A stretch of DNA of 64,000 nucleotides from Anaerolineaceae bacterium (GTDB lineage: Bacteria > Chloroflexota > Anaerolineae > Aggregatilineales > Phototrophicaceae). Shown piece after piece: positions 47,062 to 56,483 of the stretch (position 1 is the stretch's first letter; every line of letters begins with the position of its first letter). The notes under the pieces were generated by a model. It worked only from the letters and a program-made list of their open reading frames with translations. It was not told where the DNA came from and searched no databases. Location: the NCBI GenBank assembly GCA_002702065.1, contig NZXX01000004.1, positions 131,748-195,747 of the forward strand, written 5' to 3'. The translations under genes were made by a program, and so were the position numbers.

Positions 47062-48251
47062 GCGATCACTCCCAGCGCCTTGCCGACGGATTCGAAAGCC
47101 GCCAGCGCCTGTTCCAGATCATCCTGCGAGTGCGCCGCTGTATTCATGACGCGGATGCGCGCCTTGCCCTGCGGCACGGTCGGGAAGCCAATCGCCATCG
47201 CAAATACGCCCGCCTCGAACAGCTTGCGGCTGAACTGCTGCGCCAGCGGTGCTTCACCCAGCATCACCGGCACAATCGGCGTCTGGCTGTGACCGGTATC
47301 AAAACCCATGTTGCGCAGTTCTGTCTTGAAAAATTCCGCATTCGACCACAGCCGCTTCACCAGTTCGTCGGAGCTTTCCAGCATATCAACCGCTTCGAGG
47401 CAGGCCGCTGCATCCGGCACCGTCATGGCGCTGGAAAACAGGAAGGGCCGCCCCCGCTGCCGCAGCCAGTCGATGATAACCTGTGTCCCGGCGACAATGC
47501 CGCCCACCGCGCCAAAGGCCTTGCTCATCGTGCCGACTTCAATATCGACTTTGCCGTGCAGGTCAAAATGATCGACAATGCCACGTCCACCATGCCCAAG
47601 CACACCTTCGCCATGCGCGTCATCAACCATCAGCAGAATGTCGTGCTCACGCGCCACTTCGTACAGGTCTGGCAGCGGCGCGATGTCGCCATCCATGCTG
47701 AACACACCGTCCGTAATAATGATGCGCCGTCCGTATTCCGTTGTCTCGGCAATTTTGCGGCGCAGGTCATCGACGTTGTTGTGCTCATACGCGACGATTT
47801 GCGCCCGGCTGAGGCGGCAGCCATCAATGATGCTGGCATGATTCAACTGGTCGGAAAAGATAATATCCCCCCGCCCCACCAACGCCGGAATGGTGGCCAG
47901 GTTCGCCGTAAAACCACTCTGAAACGTGATCACGGCCTCCGCGCCTTTGAATTCGGCCAGCCGGGCCTCAAGCTGGTTATGCACCGTCATCGTCCCGGCA
48001 ATGGTCCGCACCGCACCGGGGCCGATGCCATACTGGTCGATAGCGCGCTTGGCGGCTTCGCGCAGGCGTGGATGATTGGCAAGGCCCAGATAATTGTTGG
48101 CGCAAAAATTCAGGACATCCTCGCCATCCACCCGGATGCGCCCATCCATCGGGCTTTCGATGGTGCGGATGGTGTTGAATAACCCCTGCTCCTTCAGTTC
48201 GGCCAGTTGTTCAGATAAATATGCCGTCTTTGTATCGGTCATGGCGTACAC
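47058..48251 (-). CDS. kbl: Glycine C-acetyltransferase (2-amino-3-ketobutyrate CoA ligase)
   Basis: Segments are FCANNYLGLANHP, MVDDAHGEGVLG and the PLP-lysine region GTMSKAFGAVGG. Confidence 0.9.
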   Translation of the reverse strand: MYAMTDTKTAYLSEQLAELKEQGLFNTIRTIESPMDGRIRVDGEDVLNFCANNYLGLANHPRLREAAKRAIDQYGIGPGAVRTIAGTMTVHNQLEARLAEFKGAEAVITFQSGFTANLATIPALVGRGDIIFSDQLNHASIIDGCRLSRAQIVAYEHNNVDDLRRKIAETTEYGRRIIITDGVFSMDGDIAPLPDLYEVAREHDILLMVDDAHGEGVLGHGGRGIVDHFDLHGKVDIEVGTMSKAFGAVGGIVAGTQVIIDWLRQRGRPFLFSSAMTVPDAAACLEAVDMLESSDELVKRLWSNAEFFKTELRNMGFDTGHSQTPIVPVMLGEAPLAQQFSRKLFEAGVFAMAIGFPTVPQGKARIRVMNTAAHSQDDLEQALAAFESVGKALGVIA

Positions 48252-48365
48252 CTCACAGATGGTTCAAACGGCGGCGATTGTACCACGCACGTCTACTTGC
48301 CGCATGACCAGCCATCACCTATGATTTATGATTGGTGGCTAAAGTCTCAGAATAGAGGGCTGTGC

Positions 48366-49151
48366 ATGTCTTCGCTGGAAATTATTCTATTGCAGTATGT
48401 CATTCCCATTGTGATTATTCTGGTGATCGCGTGGGCTCTTCACCGTCTGTCAGCGCGGATTGTGCGGCGGGTGGTTGGGCTGACAGGCTATGCGCCAGAA
48501 CGGATGCGCCCGCACGAAGAACGCAAGCGCACGCTCAACGACCTGTTTGCCAGTGCCATCAGTTTTACCGGTTTTCTGATCGCGGCGGTGTTGATCCTCG
48601 GCCTGTTTGTGGATACCACCACGCTGATCTGGATGATCGGCCTGTTCAGCGCGGCGTTTGGTCTGGGGGCCCGCCCTTTGATCAGCGACTATCTGACGGG
48701 CGTGGGCTTCATCTTTGAAGACACGTACAACGTCGGCGAAAAAATCGAGATGCTGGGGGTCGAGGGCGTGGTTGAGAAGATCAACCTGCGCACCACGCTT
48801 GTGCGTGCGCCCAGCGGCGAACTGTACACCATCCCCAACGGCGAAATCCGTATCATCCGCAATTTCAGCCGGGGGCGCTTCTCGACGGCCAACATCACAC
48901 TCAAAGTCAACGCGGCAGATCTGGGCCGGGCGATTGAACTACTGGAAGAACTGGGGCAGGAAGCCGTCACCCTGCTGCCCAATCTGCTGGAACCCTGGCA
49001 GGTCGTCAGCGAAACCGGCACCATCGGCGGCAGCGCCGAACTCACCCTGCTGACCAAAGCCCGCTTCGGCAAAGCCGCCGAGATGCGCCCGCGTTTACTC
49101 GCTCTGGTGCAGGAACGCCTGTCCAATGCGGATATTCACCTTGCCGGATAA
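48366..49151 (+). CDS. Small-conductance mechanosensitive channel (MscS family)
   Basis: Three N-terminal TM helices, then GVGFIFEDTYNVGEKIEMLGVEGVVEKINLRTTLVRAPSGELYTIPNGEI, which is typical of the MscS beta domain. Confidence 0.85.
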   Translation: MSSLEIILLQYVIPIVIILVIAWALHRLSARIVRRVVGLTGYAPERMRPHEERKRTLNDLFASAISFTGFLIAAVLILGLFVDTTTLIWMIGLFSAAFGLGARPLISDYLTGVGFIFEDTYNVGEKIEMLGVEGVVEKINLRTTLVRAPSGELYTIPNGEIRIIRNFSRGRFSTANITLKVNAADLGRAIELLEELGQEAVTLLPNLLEPWQVVSETGTIGGSAELTLLTKARFGKAAEMRPRLLALVQERLSNADIHLAG

Positions 49152-50192
49152 TCAGCCGGGCCGGTGATTAATCAAAACTGGCTGGCCTGTCCGGGCGGAT
49201 TCATAAACACCCAACACCACGGCCAGCGCGGCGCGGCCTTCCGTCCCGTTGACAAATGGTTCGCGGTCTTCGCGGATAGCTGCCAGAAAGTCGTTGAATA
49301 CATGCGGGTGACTGGTGCCATAGACACTTAACGGGTCAACCTGATTTTCGCTGAGGATTTCCGCCTCGCGCTCCAGCTCGCCTTCGATCTTCCACATCTC
49401 TTTGCGGTTGAGCGCCACCCCACCGATCTTGACCGAGCCGCGTTCACCCAGCAGCGTCACCGACCCTTCGAGGTCGGTCGGGTAGGTAATCGTGGTCGCC
49501 TCGATGGAACCCAGCGCACCGCTGGCAAAGCGCAGCGCCACCACCACCGTATCTTCCGCTTCCATCTCGTGCGCCAGCGTCGCGCTGTAGGCAAACACGC
49601 TTTCGACGGGTTCACCCATCAGCCAGACCAGCGCGTCCACGTGATGAATGGACTGGTTCATCAGCGCGCCGCCGTCCATTGCCCAGGTGCCATGCCAGCC
49701 GTCGTTATAATATTCCTGCGTCCGATACCAGCGCACCGTCGCGTTACCGAGCAGCCGCCGACCCAGCTTGCCAGCCTGCACCGCCGCCCGCAAATCCTGA
49801 ATCGGCGGGTTGTAGCGGTTCTGAAACGCCACACACAGCTTGACGTGATTGGCTTTTGCCTCAGCGATCATGGCGTCCGCGTCGGCCAATGAGAGCGCCA
49901 TCGGTTTCTCGACAATGATGTGTTTGCCTGCGCGGGCCGCGTCGATTGCCATCTGCGCGTGCATCCCGGATGGTGTGCAGATGCTGACCACATCAATATC
50001 CGGGCGGCGCAGCATCTCCTGATAATCCAGATGCGGTTCCGCCCCATAATCATCCGCAAACCGGTAGGCACGTTCTTCGATGACATCCACCACCGCTGTT
50101 AATTCAGCGCCGGGCAGGCCCTGAATCGCCCTGGCGTGATGCGGCGCAATCCGCCCGCAGCCAATCAACCCAAACCGTAATGACTTCGACAT
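49152..50192 (-). CDS. Gfo/Idh/MocA family oxidoreductase
   Basis: RFGLIGCGRIAPHH Rossmann segment and a VEKPMA motif. The start is ATG 50192 or 50201. Confidence 0.9.
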   Translation of the reverse strand: MSKSLRFGLIGCGRIAPHHARAIQGLPGAELTAVVDVIEERAYRFADDYGAEPHLDYQEMLRRPDIDVVSICTPSGMHAQMAIDAARAGKHIIVEKPMALSLADADAMIAEAKANHVKLCVAFQNRYNPPIQDLRAAVQAGKLGRRLLGNATVRWYRTQEYYNDGWHGTWAMDGGALMNQSIHHVDALVWLMGEPVESVFAYSATLAHEMEAEDTVVVALRFASGALGSIEATTITYPTDLEGSVTLLGERGSVKIGGVALNRKEMWKIEGELEREAEILSENQVDPLSVYGTSHPHVFNDFLAAIREDREPFVNGTEGRAALAVVLGVYESARTGQPVLINHRPG

Positions 50193-50383
50193 AACTTCCA
50201 TTTTCCTGCAAGGCACTACCGGCCCCTGCATGTCATGTTATCGGATAAATTCCGCCTCCATTCTAAGCGACCAGCCCACACAGAACAATATCCGCCGGGC
50301 ATACCACCGCCCCGTGCACGAGGATTCCGCCGTGAGAGGCTTACACTGGTTTGAGATTGTAGTTTCGTTTGACATCCGCAAAA

Positions 50384-50902
50384 TTAACGATCCGCTGCCG
50401 GTATGGCCTTCTCCACCCATCGCGCCGGTTTCACCGCAGCGGTATAGGCACCCAGCACCGTTCCGAAAAAGAAAGTATGGGCCACAACGCCATGCCACAC
50501 TTGATGAAGCTCCAAAAATTGCGGGAAGTATAGGGGCGCCGTCCAGTAAAAGTTCGTCACCCACAGCAGCAGGCCATAGAGCGAGCCGTAAAATAGCAGC
50601 ATGCCCCTGGTGTTGCCGATCTGCCGGATCGCGGCCAGGATGACAAAAAATGCCACACCATATCCGGCGGATAGAATCGCGTGGATCAGCAGGCCGACTA
50701 CCAGCACATTCACCAGTGGGTATACGGCATCAAGCGCCACCGTGCCCAGCCCAATCGAGGCAAACAAGCGGATGGGTGTCAGCCAATTGCCGCCCAGCAA
50801 AACCGTAACCACTATTTGCGCAGCGGCAAAAACAGCACCGGCGATCAGCCCGCCGATAACACCATGCAAGATCAATTTTCGAATTGGATAGTGTCGGATC
50901 AT
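50384..50902 (-). CDS. Small integral membrane protein, unknown function
   Basis: 172 aa with 4-5 hydrophobic helices. No recognisable catalytic motif. Confidence 0.55.
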   Translation of the reverse strand: MIRHYPIRKLILHGVIGGLIAGAVFAAAQIVVTVLLGGNWLTPIRLFASIGLGTVALDAVYPLVNVLVVGLLIHAILSAGYGVAFFVILAAIRQIGNTRGMLLFYGSLYGLLLWVTNFYWTAPLYFPQFLELHQVWHGVVAHTFFFGTVLGAYTAAVKPARWVEKAIPAADR

Positions 50903-51084
50903 CAGAATGCCTCCCAGTCGCTGGTATTTTCACCCTATCGATGGCGCGCTAGAAGAATGTATGAGACAGCTCAGAATCTGATGGGGAGGTTTGTAAAGGA
51001 GACTTAGTGGTTTGTTAAACGATATGAGTTATAATGAAAACGCAACCAAACGAAAGCAAATGAAATTTCATAAAGGAAACTCAG

Positions 51085-53148
51085 ATGCCTCAAAATTTGT
51101 GGAATGATGCCGACGCAGCCAAGCTGCCGGACCTGGAGGGGCTGGTTTATCGCAGCAATATCCTTGGGCAGGACCGGGCCGTGGTCAACATCTACGGCGG
51201 CAACACCAGCGCCAAGCTGATGATGACCGACCATGTGGGACGCGAAGTCGAGGTGCTGGCGGTCAAGGCATCCGGCTCGGATGTCGCCACCATCAAGGAA
51301 CACCAGTTTGCCCTGCTCAAGATGGATGAAATTGAACCACTGTTCCAGCGCGACGAGATGACCGACGAGGAAATGGTCGCCTATCTGGAACGCACCTGGT
51401 TCGAGCAGGGCCGCCCACGCCAGAGTATCGAAACCCTGCTGCATGCCTTCGTGCCGCACAAACACGTTGACCACACCCACCCGGACGCTGTCATCAGCCT
51501 GATGTGTGTCGACAACGCCGAGGAAGAAGCGCGCAAGGTCTACGGGGACCGCATGGCGTATGTGCCCTACATCCGCCCCGGCTTCACCCTCAGCCAGTGG
51601 ATCGGCGGCAAGGTGCGCGATAACCCCAATATCGAATGTGTGGTCATGGGCAAGCACGGGCTGGTGACATGGGGGCCGGACAGCAAAACCAGCTATGAAA
51701 ATACCATTCGTATTATTCAGGAAACCGAAGATTACATTGCAGACCGCAAAAAGGGCAAAAAGGTTTTTGGTGATCTGAAAGTCGCGGGCCTCAGCGAAGC
51801 CGAACGGCTGGACATCGTGGCCGACGTGCTGCCGGTGATTCGTGGCGCAGTATCCAGCCGCAAGACCGCTATTCTGCAATACGACGGCAGCGACGAAGTC
51901 CTCAACATGGTGGGTGGCAGCAAAACCGGCGATGTCAGCCAGATCGGCGCGGCCTGCCCGGACCACCTCGTCCACGTCAAGCGCCAGCCGCTGTATATCG
52001 ACTGGACACGGGACGAAGGTGCGGACAAGCTCAAGGACAAAATTCGCCAGGGCGTCGAGGATTACGAATCGCGCTATGTGGACTACTTCAACGAGAACAA
52101 GAATGAAGGCGACGAACTGCGCGATGCCGCCCCGCGTGTCATCCTGATCCCCGGCCTGGGCATGGTCAACACCGGCAAGGACATCACAAACGCCGATGTC
52201 AGCCGTCAGCTTTATCACCGCGCCATCAACGTCATCGGCGACAGCGAAGCTCTCGGCGGTTTTGTCAGCCTGACCGCCAACGAAGCCTACAACATCGAAT
52301 ACTGGCCGCTGGAGCTGTACAAGCTCAAACTGGCCCCGCCCGACCGCGATTTTGCCGGAAAGGTCGCCCTGATCACCGGCGCAGCCAGCGGCATCGGGCG
52401 TTCAACCGCTTATCGGCTGGCGCAAGACGGCGCCCATGTCGTGATCGCCGACATCAACACTGAAGCCGGGGAAGAAGTCGCCGCCGATATGCAGAAAACA
52501 TTCGGCAAGGGCCGCGCCATGTTCGTGCATACCAACGTCACCAGCGAAGAAGCGGTGCAAAATGCGCTGCGCCAGACCGTGCTGAAATATGGCGGGCTGG
52601 ATGTCCTCGTCAACAATGCCGGCATCGCGGGCGGCGCACCCATCGACGAAACCACCCTGGCCATGTTCCAGCGCAACATCGACATTCTGGTCACGGGCTA
52701 CTTCCTGATGGCCCGCGAAGCCTTCAAGGTGATGAAAGCACAGGGTATCGGCGGGACGATGGTCTTTGTCGGCAGCAAGAACAGCATCGCCGCCGGTAAA
52801 GGCGCAGCCGCCTACAGCGCCGCCAAAGCCGCCGAAGTTCACATGGCCCGTTGCCTGGCCGAAGAAGGTGGCGCGCTCGGCATTCGCGTCAATTCTGTGC
52901 TGCCGGACGCCGTTATTCAGGGCAGCAGCATCTGGGGCAGCGAGTGGAAAGAGGCCCGCGCCAAGCAGTATGGCGTCAAGGTCGAGGAGCTGGGCCAGTT
53001 CTACGCCCAACGCAACGTCCTCAAAGCGGAAATCTACCCGGAAGACATCGCCGAAGCCATTGCTTTTCTGGCCGGGCCGCGCAGCAGCAAGACCACTGGC
53101 ACCATGCTGCCGGTCGATGGCGGCGTGACCAACGGCTACGTCCGTTAA
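51085..53148 (+). CDS. Bifunctional class II aldolase/adducin-domain + short-chain dehydrogenase protein (rhamnulose-1-phosphate aldolase/lactaldehyde dehydrogenase-like)
   Basis: 687 aa. The C-terminal SDR has ITGAASGIGRSTA and AAYSAAKAAE. The N-terminal ~420 aa is typical of the fused aldolase family. Confidence 0.85.
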   Translation: MPQNLWNDADAAKLPDLEGLVYRSNILGQDRAVVNIYGGNTSAKLMMTDHVGREVEVLAVKASGSDVATIKEHQFALLKMDEIEPLFQRDEMTDEEMVAYLERTWFEQGRPRQSIETLLHAFVPHKHVDHTHPDAVISLMCVDNAEEEARKVYGDRMAYVPYIRPGFTLSQWIGGKVRDNPNIECVVMGKHGLVTWGPDSKTSYENTIRIIQETEDYIADRKKGKKVFGDLKVAGLSEAERLDIVADVLPVIRGAVSSRKTAILQYDGSDEVLNMVGGSKTGDVSQIGAACPDHLVHVKRQPLYIDWTRDEGADKLKDKIRQGVEDYESRYVDYFNENKNEGDELRDAAPRVILIPGLGMVNTGKDITNADVSRQLYHRAINVIGDSEALGGFVSLTANEAYNIEYWPLELYKLKLAPPDRDFAGKVALITGAASGIGRSTAYRLAQDGAHVVIADINTEAGEEVAADMQKTFGKGRAMFVHTNVTSEEAVQNALRQTVLKYGGLDVLVNNAGIAGGAPIDETTLAMFQRNIDILVTGYFLMAREAFKVMKAQGIGGTMVFVGSKNSIAAGKGAAAYSAAKAAEVHMARCLAEEGGALGIRVNSVLPDAVIQGSSIWGSEWKEARAKQYGVKVEELGQFYAQRNVLKAEIYPEDIAEAIAFLAGPRSSKTTGTMLPVDGGVTNGYVR

Positions 53149-53169
53149 GACAGCAGCACGATGGATCCC

Positions 53170-53199
53170 AGGGCGCATATCGACATGCGCCCTTTTCTT
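53170..53199 (+). terminator. Rho-independent terminator
   Basis: AGGGCGCAT-atcgac-ATGCGCCCT followed by TTTCTT, 22 nt after the stop at 53148. Confidence 0.7.
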
Positions 53200-53261
53200 G
53201 TCTGGCACAACCCGCCCACTCTGCCTATAATAGCGGCGGCGCTCATCAAGAGAAGACAAAC

Positions 53262-54659
53262 ATGACCTATACACACGACACCTTCCTCAGCCCTTTCACA
53301 TGGCGCTATGGTTCTGATGAGATGCGCCATATCTGGTCAGAAGCGAACAAGCGGCGCACATGGCGGCAAATCTGGGTTGCATTGGCGCAGGCCCAGCGGC
53401 AAGCCGGGCTGGTGAGTGCGGAGCAGGTGGCCGACCTGCAAACGCGGGTTGATGACGTGGACATCGACCGTGCCCACGAAATCGAAGCCGAGATTCACCA
53501 TGACCTGATGGCGGAAGTCCGCACCTTTGCCGAACAGTGCCCGGTGGGCGGCGGCATCATTCATCTGGGCGCAACCAGCATGGATGTGGAGGACAACGCC
53601 GAAGTGCTGCGCATACGCCAGAGCCTGGACCTGCTGCTGGCCCGGTTGGCCGAACTGCTGGGTACGTTTGCCGGGAAAATCGAGGCTGAAGCCGAGCATG
53701 TCTGCATGGCCTTCACCCACATCCAGCCTGCCGAACCCACCACCATTGGCTACCGGCTGGCGATGTATGCCCAGGATTTGCTCACGGATTATGTGGATTT
53801 GCAGCATATCCGGGCGGAACTGCGCGGCAAGGGGTTCAAGGGCGCGGTCGGCACATCAGCATCCTACGCCGAACTGCTGGCCGGGACGGACCTGACCCCG
53901 GCAGCGATGGAAGCGCATATTATGCAGTCGCTTGAACTGGAACCCTTTCTGATTGCCACTCAGACCTACACCCGCCGTCAGGACTGGGCCGTGCTCAGTG
54001 CGCTGGCCGGGATGGGCGCGACCATCTACAAGCTTGCGTTTGATCTGCGCCTGCTGCAATCGCCACCATTCGGCGAATGGGCGGAGCCTTTTGGCAAACA
54101 TCAGGTCGGTTCGTCGGCTATGCCGTTCAAGCGGAACCCGATCAATGCCGAAAATATCGACAGCCTGGCGCGTTATCTGGCGGAACTGCCCCGGACCGCC
54201 TGGGACAACGCCGCCCATAACCTGCTGGAACGCACCCTCGATGACTCCGCCAACCGCCGTGTGATATTGCCGGAAGCCTTCCTGGCCGCGGAAGAAGTGC
54301 TGCGGCGGGCGCAACGCATCGTCGCCGGGCTGCGCATTGACGAAGCCGCCATCCAGCGCAACCTGGGCATTTACGGCACCTTCGCGGCGACCGAGCGCGT
54401 GTTGATGGCCGCGGTACGTGCCGGGGGCGACCGGCAGGTGCTGCACGAAGTTATCCGCCAGCACAGCCTGAACGCCTGGGACGCCCTGCGGCAGAACCAG
54501 CCCAACCCGCTGGTCGACGCCCTGTGTGCAGCCACCGAACTGACGGCGCTGCTGCCAGTTGAGGAAATCCGCACGCTGATGCAGGCGGAAAGCTATGTCG
54601 GCGATGCGCCAGAACGCGCGTACAAACTGGCCGAGCAAATCCGAATCACGCTTGAATAG
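53262..54659 (+). CDS. purB: Adenylosuccinate lyase
   Basis: The start MTYTHDTFLSPFTWRYGSDEMRHIWSE is typical of PurB. The fumarate-lyase signature is GSSAMPFKRNP. The longer ORF from 52851 overlaps the preceding gene and is rejected. Confidence 0.95.
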   Translation: MTYTHDTFLSPFTWRYGSDEMRHIWSEANKRRTWRQIWVALAQAQRQAGLVSAEQVADLQTRVDDVDIDRAHEIEAEIHHDLMAEVRTFAEQCPVGGGIIHLGATSMDVEDNAEVLRIRQSLDLLLARLAELLGTFAGKIEAEAEHVCMAFTHIQPAEPTTIGYRLAMYAQDLLTDYVDLQHIRAELRGKGFKGAVGTSASYAELLAGTDLTPAAMEAHIMQSLELEPFLIATQTYTRRQDWAVLSALAGMGATIYKLAFDLRLLQSPPFGEWAEPFGKHQVGSSAMPFKRNPINAENIDSLARYLAELPRTAWDNAAHNLLERTLDDSANRRVILPEAFLAAEEVLRRAQRIVAGLRIDEAAIQRNLGIYGTFAATERVLMAAVRAGGDRQVLHEVIRQHSLNAWDALRQNQPNPLVDALCAATELTALLPVEEIRTLMQAESYVGDAPERAYKLAEQIRITLE

Positions 54660-54726
54660 CAATTTTCCGGCTTGCCGCTGGCCGGTTCTCAGGCCATAAT
54701 AGATCAAACTGGCAGGGAGTTGTTTC

Positions 54727-55311
54727 ATGCCCAAAATCACGGTTATCACATCCGAAACCGGCCATAATCTGCACGCACTGCTCGACGCTCACCAGACTCA
54801 AAACCTCAAAGATGGTGAAATCACATTAGTCGTTTCCAGCGACGAGAATGCGCTGCGTGCCGCCCAGAAAGCCGGAATCGACACACTGGCCAAACCGGAC
54901 GATGATGCGGAATTGCTGAAGCAAGTCGCCACCCACAAACCGGATTTGATTGTCGCGTTGGACACGCCACATGGTCTGAACGCGGACTTCCTGAAAAAGT
55001 TCTCGCACCAGATCATCGCGGTTTACCCGGCGCTGGCGGGTCAGTTTACAGATTACAAACCCATCGACTCGGCATTTAAGGCCTTCCAGAAAAACGAAAT
55101 CAAATGGACCGGCTGTCATGTCCATTATGTGGACAGCGGCGAAACCATGCGCCAGTTGGTGGTACCCATCGAACCCAAGGAATCCATGCAGCGGTTCGCG
55201 GCGCGAATGCGCAAAGGCGAAAACTGGCTTTTGCTCAAGGGCGTTAAACAATATCTCTATGAGCTTCGCAATCGAAATAAGCGGAGTACAACCAGTCAGT
55301 CAGAGACTTAG
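54727..55311 (+). CDS. PurN-like formyltransferase-fold protein with non-canonical active-site residues
   Basis: 194 aa and collinear with GAR transformylase (ITVITSETGHNLHALLDA; WTGCHVHYVD). The usual LNIHPSLLP motif reads IAVYPALAG here. Confidence 0.7.
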   Translation: MPKITVITSETGHNLHALLDAHQTQNLKDGEITLVVSSDENALRAAQKAGIDTLAKPDDDAELLKQVATHKPDLIVALDTPHGLNADFLKKFSHQIIAVYPALAGQFTDYKPIDSAFKAFQKNEIKWTGCHVHYVDSGETMRQLVVPIEPKESMQRFAARMRKGENWLLLKGVKQYLYELRNRNKRSTTSQSET

Positions 55312-55333
55312 CCACCCATTGGGTGGCTTTTTT
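55310..55333 (+). terminator. Rho-independent terminator immediately upstream of pyrB
   Basis: GCCACCC-att-GGGTGGC followed by TTTTTT. It overlaps the stop codon of the PurN-like gene, 30 nt before the pyrB ATG. Confidence 0.7.
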
Positions 55334-55362
55334 ATGAATAGGGCTCAAACCCAGGAGAAACA

Positions 55363-56421
55363 ATGACCACACAGAATGTCCGGCAGGCGCGTGACTATGC
55401 AAAAATCTACAGCCCACCTGTCATCAATGGCGATTTTGTGAGCAAGCACATCATCACCGTCGATCAGTTCAGCCGCAAGGATTTGCAGATCATCTTCGAT
55501 GCGGCGGCCTCACTGAAGAAACGGTCCCGCCAGCATGACCGGGGGCTGATCGAGGTGTGCAGCGGCAAGGTGATGGCGACGCTGTTCTTCGAGGCCAGCA
55601 CCCGAACCGATATGTCCTTCCAGACAGCCATGCGGCGGTTGGGCGGCGAAGTTGTGGCGGCCAGCAACGGCGTGCAGTTTTCGTCAGTCTACAAAGGCGA
55701 AGACCTGGCCGACACCGTGCGTGCTGTGGGCTGCTATGCCGACATCATCGTCCTGCGTCACCCGGAAGTCGGCTCAACTTACGAAGCGGCCTATTATCTG
55801 GATATGCTGAGCGAGAAGATTGGCCGCCAGCCCGTTATCATCAGCGGTGGCGATGGCATCGGCGAACACCCGTCACAGGCGCTGCTGGATATGTTCACGA
55901 TTGTCGACTTCAAAAAGTCGCTGGATAACCTGAGCATTACGATGGTCGGTGACCTGAAGCATGGGCGCACGGTGCATTCGCTCGCCAAGCTGGCGGCCCG
56001 CTTGGAAGGCAGCGGCGTCACCGTCAACCTCGTCTCCCCGGCCTCGCTGACCATGCCCGCCGACATTATTGACCGGATGCGCGAAAAAGGCATTCAGGTC
56101 CACGAAACGGACAACCTCAGCGATGTACTGGGCAACAGCGACGTAATTTACTGGACGCGGGTTCAGGAAGAACGGTTTACCGATAAGGCCGACTACGAAG
56201 CGATCAAGGATGGGTTTATCATGACGCCGCCCCTGCTGGAGCAGGCCAAAGCCGATGCCATCCTGATGCACCCGCTGCCACGCAAGAATGAAATGGGGAC
56301 GCCGGATGACCATGACGTGCTGGACGCAGACCCGCGCAGCGTCTATTTCCAGCAGATGGAAAATGGCATGTTCGTGCGGATGGCCCTGCTGACGAAGGTG
56401 CTGCGGGGGGTTTATGTCTAG
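55363..56421 (+). CDS. pyrB: Aspartate carbamoyltransferase catalytic subunit
   Basis: FFEASTRTDMSF, HGRTVHSL and HPLPR motifs. Confidence 0.95.
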   Translation: MTTQNVRQARDYAKIYSPPVINGDFVSKHIITVDQFSRKDLQIIFDAAASLKKRSRQHDRGLIEVCSGKVMATLFFEASTRTDMSFQTAMRRLGGEVVAASNGVQFSSVYKGEDLADTVRAVGCYADIIVLRHPEVGSTYEAAYYLDMLSEKIGRQPVIISGGDGIGEHPSQALLDMFTIVDFKKSLDNLSITMVGDLKHGRTVHSLAKLAARLEGSGVTVNLVSPASLTMPADIIDRMREKGIQVHETDNLSDVLGNSDVIYWTRVQEERFTDKADYEAIKDGFIMTPPLLEQAKADAILMHPLPRKNEMGTPDDHDVLDADPRSVYFQQMENGMFVRMALLTKVLRGVYV

Positions 56422-56442
56422 GCAGCTAGAACGGTTCGTGTT

Positions 56443-56462
56443 GGACGCAGCACGCTGCGTCC
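56443..56462. repeat. GC-rich perfect palindrome between pyrB and pyrC
   Basis: GGACGCAGC-ac-GCTGCGTCC, followed by CTACA like the 16909/28327 palindromes (CCCTAC flank). Confidence 0.55.
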
Positions 56463-56483
56463 CTACAGTGGGTATCGGTTGAT

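Noticed and set aside
45382-48182. 496-aa and 392-aa plus-strand ORFs (45382..46872, 47004..48182) antisense to tdh, the SGNH hydrolase and kbl
   Set aside because: Their composition is Arg/Gly/His-rich with no motifs. The minus-strand genes have unambiguous PLP, SGNH and Rossmann motifs and operon-like coupling.
51004-52218. 404-aa minus-strand ORF antisense to the aldolase/SDR fusion gene, and similarly the 403-aa ORF at 61183..62394 antisense to pgl/zwf
   Set aside because: These are antisense shadow ORFs in high-GC coding DNA. The sense-strand products are strongly recognisable.
52851-53261. Long N-terminal extension of the purB ORF (602-aa version)
   Set aside because: The extension overlaps the end of the upstream gene in another frame and crosses a terminator hairpin (53170..53199). 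Canonical PurN-terminus-like sequence, that is the typical PurB N-terminus, starts at the ATG at 53262.
55334-55366. 10-aa mini-ORF (MNRAQTQEKQ) between the terminator hairpin and pyrB, overlapping the pyrB ATG. I considered it as a pyrBI-style leader peptide, and the region as a PyrR attenuator.
   Set aside because: The hairpin precedes the mini-ORF rather than following it. I found no alternative antiterminator pairing and no PyrR-box-like UCCAGAGAGG motif. The hairpin is adequately explained as the terminator of the PurN-like gene.
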